Shown here: positions 10,821 to 22,367 of the stretch, one piece after another
Numbering within the stretch: the stretch's first letter is position 1
Layout of the letters: every line of letters begins with the position of its first letter
Assembly (NCBI GenBank): GCA_002104945.1
Contig: MCFH01000013.1
Coordinates: 124,001-188,000 of the forward strand
Origin: Piromyces finnis finn
Taxonomy: Eukaryota; Fungi; Neocallimastigomycota
Reading direction: 5' to 3'
DNA length: 64,000 nt
Program-made: the position numbers and the translations under genes
Notes under the pieces: model-generated
What the model was told of the DNA's origin: nothing
Databases searched by the model: none
Seen by the model: the letters and a program-made list of their open reading frames with translations, nothing else

Positions 10821-11447
10821 TTGTAGAAATAATTAATATTATAATAAATCTATATAAATTTAATATTAGGAAAAATTACTAATATAATAATATGTTCAAG
10901 TCACATATTATTTTTATATCATAATGTATTTATAGTATTTAATATTAAACAGATAAACAAACAAATTTTAGTATAAAATATAAAGTTGTAGAAAATATAG
11001 TGAATTAATCACTATCAAAGAATATAATAGTTAGGATAAGATATTCTTATGATCATATAATATTAAGTATGTATTTTAAATATTTATATAAATCCCACAA
11101 AGCAAAGTATGAGTCAATTGAACTAGAGTTGTATTATATTTATTAGATTGATTTTTTTTACTTTTATATTCATATCGAATATGAAAATATAAAATTGTAT
11201 TTGTTTAACTTTATAATCTTATTTTTAATTAATTTATAATTTATATTATTTTTCTTTTTTTTTTTTTTTTTTTTTTTTTTTGTATTGAAAGTTATTACTT
11301 CTTACTTTCTAGAAAAGAGTATATATAAATGCAAAAAAAAACCTATTATTTTATCTTTTTTTTTTTTAAAAAAAAAAAGATTTTATTATTTTTTAGTTTA
11401 AAATATTTAAATTAAAATAATATATAATAATATAAAAAAAAGTTAAA

Positions 11448-12113
11448 ATGAATTTATACTATAGTTAGCTTGTTAGTAATTGTACTTTCTAATGCTCAAA
11501 CAACTACTTATAAGAATCCTTCTTATGAATATTTATCAAAACAAACAATTCTCCTAAAATCCCACTAAATCCACCAATAACTGAAAAGACTGCTACATCT
11601 ACAACGAAAACCCTAATTATTACTACTAGAACAAGCGGAAGTGTAGTTTCTCCAACTATTTTACATGACAAAGGAAAATAGTGTAAAAATAGAGATTTAT
11701 GTGATGAGATTCACTATACTGATAAATATAGTGATTGGAATGTTGAAGGTTTAAAATTGTGTTTTTGTGGACCAAGTACTGTGATTATTACCAAAAGATA
11801 ACCAATATGTACTTTTAATTATATAACTTCTACCACTACTACGAAGATTATTCCAACTACTACCATTACTACTACTAAGATTATTCCTACAGGTCCAGCA
11901 TCAAATTCTAACTGCTTACCAATTACTATTACTGTTACTATTACTGAAAGAATTACTGTTACTGTCTCTTCTTCTGAACCAACAAACCAACCACAACAAA
12001 ATTGTGCTAAAATATGGGCTCAATGTGGTGGTATTGGTTTTTCTGGTCCAACATGCTGTGAACAAAGTACAACTTGGCATGAATATAGTTCATATTACTC
12101 TCAATGTGTTTAA
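11448..12113 (+). pseudogene. Disrupted secreted Thr-rich protein with C-terminal CBM1
   Basis: Ends NCAKIWAQCGGIGFSGPTCCEQSTTWHEYSSYYSQCV* (CBM1, one Cys replaced by W); NCLPITITVTITERITVTV linker; in-frame stops and a frameshifted N-terminus. Confidence 0.8.
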
Positions 12114-12762
12114 ACTATAATACAGAAATAAAAGTAATAAAATATTGTATTATATTATAAATAAATACATTAATAATTTATAAATATATGTATTGATCGT
12201 ATATTTAAATATATTTAGAAAAAATATTAAAAATAATTTTAATCGTTTTATTTTAAAATATTTTATAAAACATATTTAAATATAATTTTGTTAAATTAAT
12301 ATAATCATTAAATGTTATAGTTTTTTTTTTTTTTTTTTTTTTTTAAAAAATAATAAATTAACAAACATATGAAATAAATTGAAAAGAATTAAATTAGTTT
12401 TATTTGCAATGCTAATTATTATTATTTTGTTATAAATTGCATGTTAAATATCACTAAAAAAATGATAAAATAAAATAATTATTATATATACAATTTTCGG
12501 ACGGTTTTCTTTTTATGATATTTCTTATTGTGGTTTTTAAAAACCACAATAATTTATTTAAAGTGTATTATTATTATATAATAAATATTAAAATTTTAAC
12601 ATACTGAAATTAAAAAAAGAAAATTATAATTAAAAAATATATAATACAATATACAAAATATATAATATATGACAGATTATTTAGTATTATTTAGTAAAGA
12701 TCCTAATCCTAGCACTTTTATACCAGATAAAGTCTTTCCTTAGCAAACTTTTTTAAATATAG

Positions 12763-13110
12763 AAAATAAAATAAAATAAAATAAAATAAAATAAAATAAA
12801 ATAAAATAAAATAAAATAAAATAAAAATAAAATAAAATAAAATAAAATAAAATAAAATAAAAATAAAATAAAATAAAATAAAATAAAATAAAATAAAATA
12901 AAATAAAATAAAATAAAATAAAATAAAATAAAATAAAATAAAATAAAATAAAATAAAATAAAATAAAATAAAATAAAATAAAATAAAATAAAATAAAATA
13001 AAATAAAATAAAATAAAATAAAATAAAATAAAATAAAATAAAATAAAATAAAATAAAATAAAATAAAATAAAATAAAATAAAATAAAATAAAATAAAATA
13101 AAATAAAAAT
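12763..13110. repeat. (AAAAT)n microsatellite, about 350 bp
   Basis: Direct reading; explains the FYFIL-repeat ORFs 12718-13134 and 12753-13118. Confidence 0.98.
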
Positions 13111-13728
13111 ACTTGCAAGGGTAGGTATCCTCAAATTTCTTGTAAGAGAATATAAACTGATAAATAAATTTCGTCCATAGTTATTAAAATTTTTATTATA
13201 TAAGCTATTGACACTCCAAAAACTTTGATAAATTAGTGATTTAACTCTATAACTTTTATTTTTATTGGATCCAGATAATGGAGAAATAATATGAGACTCT
13301 ATTTAAATTATAGGAATGAATGACTATATATTTTTGAATTAATAAGAACACAATTGTTGGTGAGAAAGCTCTTAAAAAAGAAAATAGGGATTTTTGGACT
13401 TTTTTGTACATGTTAGATAGAATAAGTATCAGAGAAAGATCTTTGTCAAAGAGGATTTGAAATAATTATAACATAATATAATAAAATTTTTAAATTCTTT
13501 GATGTTCTTTTATAAAGCCTATGGGTTGAATTTTTCTTTTTGAAATTTTTCTAATAAAAGATTTTAATTTCTATATATCATTACCATGTTTCTTTTAATT
13601 TTTTTTTCTATAAAAGGTCTTTATGCCAAAAAATAAGAAGAAAATTTAAATTTCATAAAAATTTGATAATTGAAAAAAAAAATAGTATTAAATGTTATTA
13701 TTATCAAGAGCTTTAAATAATACTTAGG

Positions 13729-13760
<32 letters not shown>

Positions 13761-14153
13761 TTTTTATTATTTAAATTAATAATAAATAATTATATAATTT
13801 TTATGATGTTATATTTATTATATTTATTTTCTAATATATTCAATATTTAAGATTTTTTAAAAAAAATAAACAGTTTATATAGGATTTTTGTCAAAATAGA
13901 AAAACAAATTAAAATAAAATTATAAAATTAAAATGAAATTAAAATAAAATTTAAATATTGATAATAATTTTTTCTATTATTCTATAGATATTTTTTTCTT
14001 TCAAATTTACTATTATAAACAAACATGTGTTATGTATCTTATTGCTTATTGCTTGTTTTGTTGGTTTAGTGGATTTCATTTTGCTTCTTTTTTTTTTTAT
14101 TTTAATTTATTGGAAATATTAGGCTATGAATAGTTATGATTAATTATTTTTGT

Positions 14154-17100
14154 TTACCAACATTGACCAAATTCCGATTGACAGCCTTCTTCTTTACTAC
14201 AATAAACTTTAGTATTACCACACCATCCATATTTACTACAACAATATCCTTTTTGACATTTGCCAATGTCTTTACCACATTTACCAATGTTGGTGGTATT
14301 GCGTTGTTGATAGGTTTTACAAGAACCAAATTCAGATTGGCATCCTTGATTAATATCACAATAAGCACTAGTTTTACCACACCATCCATGTTTACTACAA
14401 CAATATCCTTTTTTACATTTGCCAATGTTTTTACCACACTTGTATGTTATTGAGGATGGTTGAATTGTAGAAGTAGAAGAATGCTTTTTACCTTCACATC
14501 TACCAAATTCAGATTGACAACCTAAACTAATTTTACAATGTTTATTAGAGAGTCCACACCATCCATACTTACTACAACATTCATTATTATCACAGGATCC
14601 ATACTTTTTACCACATCGACGGTTATCTTTATTGTTTTTTTCTTCTTTAGTAGTTTCATTTTTTGATTCATTCTTTGATTCAGTTGATTCAACAGTGCTT
14701 GATGATTCATACATAGCTTTACATTTTTCACCATTATTTCCATTCATTGTACTATTTATTTTTTTCAGTCATAAATTAATAAAAAAATAATTTTTATAAA
14801 AGTTAGTTTATTTTTTCTTTTTCAAATTTAATTTATATTTTTATATAAAATGAAGGTAATTTTACATCATCATTTTCATTTTTTTAATTCCTTCAGGAAG
14901 AGAAGTAATACAATTATTATCTATATATCTTTTTTTTTTAAAAAAAGAAAAATAAATTAAAATTAGAATTAAAATTAATTTCTAATATACAAATGTTTTA
15001 TATTTATAGTAGATGCTTACAAATATTCAAGATTAATAGAATTTTTAATTGAATCAGGAATTGTTGTTAAGTAATTATCATTCATTATTCTTTATTAAAA
15101 ATATATTTATGGTATTATAGATTATTAAAAAATAAATTTAATTAGTTTTTTTTAAAAGTAAAAGTATAATGAGAAAAAAGAATACATACAATTCAAAAAG
15201 ATTTGTTATTTTGTCAATAGAATCAGGAATTTTTTTTATAGAATTTTTACTAAAATCTCTATTAAATTATTATTTATTGATAATAATAATAATAATACGA
15301 AAAAAAGAATTGATTATTAATAAAAACAGTTTGATTTCTCATTTACAAAAAATTATATTTCAATTGAAAAAAAAAGATCCATACATTGTATTAAGATGAG
15401 TGAGGTTTTCAAGTATAACAGGAAATTCTGTAAAGTTATTTCTACTTAAATCTCTATTAATAAAATAGTTTAATAAAAAAATAAATATAAATTAATAGGA
15501 TTAAATTTCATAATATTATTATTATATATATTAGGGAAACCTACAATAATCCATTAAGAGTATTAGTATTAATTGTATCAGGAATGTCAGTTAATCTATT
15601 TCCACTTAAGTTTCTATTAAATATAATATTTAATAACATATATTATAATTAATAAAAAGTAACTTTTATATAAATTATTAATCGTATTAAAATATATACA
15701 AATATTGAACATTATTAAGATTTCCAATAGCGTCAGGAATGGTAACCAATTTATTATCCTTTAAATTTCTATTCAATATATATAAAAAAGGCTTAATAAT
15801 TTTTTTTCTAAAATACATTTTATATTTTTATAATGGAAAAAAAATTAAAATTATAAATGACATACAAATGAAAAAGACTGAAAATATTTCCAATGGTATC
15901 AGGAAGTGTAGTTAATTTATTTTCAAATAAAGAACTATTTATAAGTTATTTAAAGCAATTTATTTAATAAATAGTATTTATGGCTTATAGATGATGATAA
16001 TAGGTATCGAAAAAAAAGTATAAATTACAAAACTCCAAGCTTTGAAAGATTTCCAATCGAATCAGGAAGTGTAGTTAGATTATTTCCATTTAACTCTCTA
16101 TTAAATGTTTTTTGTTTTTAATATACATATTTATATCATTAATAAAAATTACAATATACTATAGTTTTATGATCTAATAAAAAATGAATAGAATACAATT
16201 GAAAAAGATTTGAAAGATTTCCAATAGTATCAGGTAATTTGCTTATTGTATTATTATTTGCAGATCTAGTAATAATCCATTATTTAAAGAAATATTTTAG
16301 TTTTTATTTTTGGATTTAAATATATATATTATATTAAATAAATGTTAAACGTACAATAACCAAAGATTACTAAGATTTCCAATTGAATTAGGAAGGGTAG
16401 TTAATTTATTATTGCTTAAATTGCTATATAATAGTTTAACAATTTTATATTAAAAATTTATTAATAAAACTATTTAATTATTTAGTTAACTAAATAAAAT
16501 TTTTTTATAAAAAATATATACAATTTAAAAAGCCTAGTAAGATTTCCAATGGATCCAGGAAGTTCAGTTAAATTATTTTTTTCTAAAGTTCTATTCAATT
16601 ATACATTATATGATATTAGTAAACTCTATTGATGAATAATACAATAGATAGATAAACTAGATTTTTTTAAATTTTTTTTTTAAAAAAGTATTTTTATGAT
16701 ATAAAAATACATACAATTTATAAAGTTTAGATAGACTTCCAATAGTATCAGGAAGAGTAGTTAAATTATTGTTATCCAAAGTTCTATTCATTTTTAAATA
16801 TAACTTTAGTCTTTTTTTTCATACTTTTAAAAAAATGTTATTTTTTGATTAAATATATCTACAAAACATACAACCATTCAAGATTAACGAGGTTTTCAAA
16901 TGTATCAGGAAGGGTAGTTAATTCATTTCCATTTAAATTCCTATTTGAAATATTCAAATTTTTAATCCATCATTTATCAATAATTCAATATATTACTTTT
17001 TTCTTTTTACAAAAAAATAATATTACATACAATGATGAAAGATGAAAAAGATTTCCAATTGAATCAGGAATTACTGTTAAATGATTATCATTTAAATGTC

Positions 17101-19236
17101 TTTAAAATTATAAACAAATCATTTCAATTATTTGCATTTTAATTAAAGTGACAAAAAAAAGTATATTATTTTTTTAATTATTAGGGTAAGAGGATTAAAA
17201 AGAAAAAAATGTTTACAAGTATTGAAGATTAGTAAGATTGCTAAAAATTGTATCGGAAAGTGTTGTTAAATTATTATTTCCTACATTTCTATATAATTTA
17301 TTATTATTAAATATAATGGTTAATAAAGTAATATTAAATCATTTATATTATTATACTATAAATGGCGAAGGAAATAAAGCATACATACAATTCAATAATA
17401 TTATTAAGACTTTCAATGACTTTTGGAAACTCTGTTAATTTATTTTCACTAATATTTCTATTAATAACAAGTATTTTATATGAATACAGAGTTAATATTT
17501 AATTTTTATTTTAATATTCAAATTAAAAAAAAAAAATAATAAAAATACTTACAAAATGCATAGATTTTTAAGTTTTTTAAAGGAATCCGGAAAGGTGTTT
17601 ACATTATTATTAACCATATATCTATTAAAATTAAAATAATAAATTAAAAAAGTTATTATTAATATCTACTTTTTTTATGATATATATAAAAATATAATAA
17701 TATAAAGAAAAGATTTCATACAAAGAATAAAGGTTTGTAAGATTTGAAATTGAATCAGGAAGTGTTGTTAATTTATTATTTGCTATACACCTGATATACA
17801 TATATTCATAGAAATGTTTATTTAATTTAATGGATCTGATTTATTATATTTTCCAAATATTTTATATTAAAGCAATAAAAAAAAACAATACAATTCTTTA
17901 AGATTACTAAGACTCGAGATTGAATTAGGAAGAGTAGTAATGTTGTTATCATCTAAATTTCTATATAAATTTAATAATATATTTTAAAAGTTTTCTTTAA
18001 TACTATGACTTTATAATATTTTTAAAAAAAAGGAAAAAGAAAATTATACAATTGAGAAAGATTAGAAAGTTTTCCAATGGTTTCAGGGAGTGTTGTTAAT
18101 TTGTTATAGTTTAAATACCTATTAAAATTAGAATGTTATTAATAAATTTATAGATTTTATTTGGTATAAAAAAAGAATAATAATATAAAGGAAAAAGGAA
18201 AAAAATCATTACAAAACATAAAGCTTTTTAAGATTTGAAATTGAATCAGGTAGATTTGTTAATTCATTATATTCCAAGTATCTATTAAATATTTTCATAG
18301 TAATTAGTATTTTAGTTTGATTAATTTTTTTCAATATTATTTTTTAAAAATAATATATAAAACAAACTGGCATTAAATTAGTACAATTCTTCAAGATTAC
18401 TAAGTTTCGAGATTGATTCCGGAAGTGCAGTAAAATTATTATTATTTAAATGTCTAGGAAAAATTTAATTTTATATTTTAATATATATATAATTTTATTT
18501 TATTTATTTTTTTTTTTTAATTTTTTTTATTAAAATATTTTATTTAAAAAAAAAAAAAAAAAAAAAAAATACATACAGATTCTTAAGATTCTTAAGATTT
18601 CCTATAGTATTAGGAAGTGTTGTTAATTTGTTATTATATAAATATCTATTAAATATTTAGATAAAAAAGATATATATAATTATTAAATCAAATTTAATAA
18701 AGCATTTTTATTTTTTTTTAAATTATACATTATAGAATTACAAATTAGTAAGATTGGTAAGATTGCCAATTGAATCCGGAATCTCAATTAAATCATTACT
18801 ATTTATATATCTATATATATATATTTCATTATATAATTTGAAAAATGATATAAAATATTTTATTATTTAGAGTAATATATATAACAATAATAATAATAGT
18901 CTATGCCTTTTTTATTAAAAAAATGTTATATATAGGTGATACTCACAATTTTTCCAAACTAGTTATTTTAAAAATAGCATCTAAAACATTTTTTGTTTTA
19001 ATATCATGAGTTTCTCTAAGAAATATATTAAATATTTTCAAGTTTTTAGTAATTGCTGCATTGCTTTATTTCATTTATTATTAAATATACTTATCCATGA
19101 CTTACATAACAGATATTTTATTATTTTTATTCATAATACATATTTTGAAATGAGTTATCTTTCTAAGTTCATCACACGTATATCCATATATTAATGTGAT
19201 GAATAACACCACATTTAAAATAATTTTTAGTATCAT
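14154..19236 (-). CDS. 27-exon secreted LRR protein with three C-terminal CBM18 (hevein-like) domains, about 816 aa
   Basis: Exons: 19236-19106 (MILKIILNVVLFITLIYG signal), 19015-18947, 18810-18742, 18645-18577, 18453-18385, 18281-18213, 18118-18050, 17960-17892, 17790-17722, 17621-17553, 17457-17389, 17288-17217, 17099-17031, 16940-16872, 16783-16715, 16590-16522, 16423-16355, 16265-16197, 16097-16029, 15934-15866, 15768-15700, 15613-15545, 15453-15385, 15258-15190, 15089-15021, 14928-14866, 14751-14154. All introns GT-AG, phase 2; no stops; consensus LxLxxNxLTxLPDSIGNLxxL; last exon has 3x CGxxxGxCxxxxCCSKYGWCG. Confidence 0.92.
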
Positions 19237-20570
19237 TTTTTTCTATTAAATTCTCAAAAAAAGAAAGAATTTTAAGCAATGTCTTTTTGTATTTTTTGTT
19301 CGTATTATCACTCTTTTGAGTTTTTAAACTTTATAATAATTAAAAAAAAGTTTTTATTTTAAATTTTATTGCTTTTTTATTGTAACTTTTATAAAAATAG
19401 AAAAAGTGTTAAAATGCCCTAACTCGAAGAAGCTAAAATAAAAAAAGCATTTCCTTTTTTTTTTTTTATGAATTTCTTAAGAATTTAAAAAAAGAAATTT
19501 TTTAATTAAAAATTAAATAAACAATTAAAAATAATATATGCAAAGTAAAACATAATATTATATGATTAATATATTATTATTATATTATCATTCGAATGAA
19601 TTGATAGTTCGATTTCTTTTTTCATTTTAAACATTCCATAAAAGTTTTAATTAAATTTATATTTAATAAATGCTATTGTACTGTATTGTAATATATGTGA
19701 AATAAATCAAATAACGAAATTCTAAATATATTAATATATATTATTAATTGAATTATTAAATATTGGCATTTGATAAAAAAAAAAAAACGAACTAAATTGA
19801 ATAGTTTGCATAGTTTTCACTTTTTTTTTTTTGCTTTATTTAAAATGCGCTTTTTTATTTGTTATTAATATTGAATTTCTTTTACAAAAGTATCAATTTT
19901 TATTGTTATGAATGTAAAAAAAAAAGTATTAAGTTATAAGTATGCATATATATAATTTCAATTTTTAAAAGAAAATTTTTGATTTTATCATAAAGAAATT
20001 CTTAAAATTTTAAATTAAATAAATTAATTAAATATATTCTAATGTATTATATTCATATATTATAATTTATTTTATATTATTTATATCAATAATTGGATCA
20101 TCCATTTTTTACTTTTTATATTTAAAAATTGATATAAAATAATTTGAAAAAGCTTGCTAGTGAACTATGAAATTAATTAGTACTAAAGCCATATTATTTT
20201 TTTTGGTATTATTGAATATTCGAAGAAATGCTAGTATAACTTTATACTTTATTTTGTTTGTATTATTCTTTTTTCAAATTATGATATTTTTTAAAAATTG
20301 AGTATCAATCACAATCTAAATCAATGAATAAATATTATAAAAAAAGATTTCTGTCATTTTTCAGGAGAAATTCATAAACTTAAAAAAAGAAATTTTTTAA
20401 TATTTATATATATGTAATAAATATATTGAATGTATTCTAAATATATTAAATTAAATAGTTTTTTAAATTATAATTAATAAATAAATGAATGTAAATTATG
20501 TATTAATGATAATATTAAATTAATCCTCTATTTAAATATATTATATTGTAATAAATATGAATAGATAATA

Positions 20571-21204
20571 AATAGTAATTGGCAATAGTAATAGTAATTG
20601 GCAATAGTAATAGTCAAAGTAATAGTAATAGTAATAGTAATAGTAAATAGTAATAGTAATAGTAAATAGTAATAGTAATAGTAATAGTAATAGTAATAGT
20701 AATAGTAATAGTAATAGTAATAGTAATATAATAGTAATAGTAATAGTAATAGTAATAGTAATAGTAATAAAAAAAAAAATAGTAATAGTAATAGTAATAG
20801 TAATAGTAATAGTAATAGTAATAGTAATATAATAGTAATAGTAATATAATAGTAATAGTAATATAATAGTAATAGTAATAGTAATAGTAATAGTAATAGT
20901 AATAGTAATAGTAATAGTAATAGTAATAGTAATAGTAATAGTAATAGTAATAGTAATAGTAATAGTAATAGTAATAGTAATAGTAATAGTAATAGTAATA
21001 GTAATAGTAATAGTAATAATAGTAATAGTAATAGTAAATAATAGTAATAGTAATAGTAATAGTAATAGTAATAGTAATAGTAATAGTAATAGTAATAGTA
21101 AAAAAAAAAAAAAAATAGTAATAGTAATAGTAAAAAAAAATAGTAATAGTAATAGTAATAGTAATAAATAGTAATAGTAATAGTAATAGTAATAGTAATA
21201 GTAA
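20571..21204. repeat. (AATAGT)n microsatellite with poly-A interruptions, about 630 bp
   Basis: Direct reading. Confidence 0.97.
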
Positions 21205-22367
21205 TTTTTTGTATAAATAATTATAGAGTAATATAATAAATTGAATATTTTTTAAGTAAATTTTAAATATTAAATATTTATTATTCTTTTTAAAAAAATA
21301 TTACAAACTCTAATATTCTATAGCTATATACAATGAATAGGAACTTAAATTTTTTAGAATAATTTTTAACATAGAAAAATATGAATTCGAGGTAATATTA
21401 GCATTTATTATCATCCGAAGTCAGTATAAATTTGTATAAGAAATTTTACACAATTAATATATATTATTTAAAGTAGTCCTAAAACTATGAATTCTTATGA
21501 TGTTTAAACATGTTCAAGAATGAATTTAATCAAGCCTTTTCTGAAAAAAAAATTTCAAATTTGGACAATAATACCTTACTCAATTAAGATGGTTCTTATT
21601 CATTATTAAATCATAATGTTATATTGAATGGAACAAGAATGTAAATCAAAATGTAAAGTAAAATATTCTATTATATAAGGAAAAATGAAAAAAAAAGTAA
21701 ATAGTATGATAAAAACATATAATTAAAAACATAGAAAACAAAAATATTATAGTTGATTGAATGATGATTAATACATAAAAAGTTATATTATATGTAATAC
21801 AAATAAAAACATTGGAAAATATTATAGTAGAGTATTTTTTGGTAGAGATATGAAAAAAATGAAGTATTTAAGATATATTATTATATATAAAAATTTTATT
21901 ATTGTAATTTAAATATCAATAGCTTCATCAATTTTGAAAATTAAAATTTATTAAGGTGTAAATCTTCAGAAGAGTATTGAAATTTTGACTAGTTACATAA
22001 TACTATTGATAACTCTATATTTTTACTTAAATTTAAAACAATATTGTAATAACTTAATGTTTTCAAAATTACAATATCTAAAAAATAATATTTCTTTATA
22101 AATTCAAATTATTATATTTTTGCATACGTATTTTCTTTTATATGAATTTTTCATTTTATATTTACTTAGATTATTTTATTTTATTTTTTTATTTTTTACA
22201 TTTTTTCTAATAAATGATTTTATTTTTTTCTAAAATACTTTAATGATACAAATTTATAATAATAAATAAAAATTAATTTTTTAATTTTAAATTTAAACAA
22301 TTTAATGGTTTATGAATGAAACAATTAAAATTATAAATATTATTAGATTATAAAAAAATTTTTTTAT

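Noticed and set aside
12718-13134. FYFIL-repeat ORFs (also 31395-31592)
   Set aside because: Translations of (AAAAT)n microsatellites.
13110-13640. Possible decayed coding or transposon remnant next to the microsatellite
   Set aside because: Stops in all frames and no recognisable motif or terminal repeats.
14154-14747. Stand-alone 197-aa CBM18 gene from the ORF track
   Set aside because: No signal peptide; a phase-2 acceptor at 14751/14752 joins it in frame to the LRR exons.
15021-18810. CRISPR-like array of regularly spaced conserved units with variable spacers
   Set aside because: Units are 69-nt coding exons bounded by AG/GT that translate to LRRs; spacers are AT-rich introns; eukaryotic context, no cas genes.
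19440-20030. Possible MITE with degenerate inverted ends
   Set aside because: Similarity is limited to A/T runs expected at this base composition; no TSD found.
20571-21204. Telomere-like hexamer array or poly-Asn-Ser ORF
   Set aside because: Internal, not G-rich, interrupted by poly-A, no start or splice context; treated as a microsatellite.
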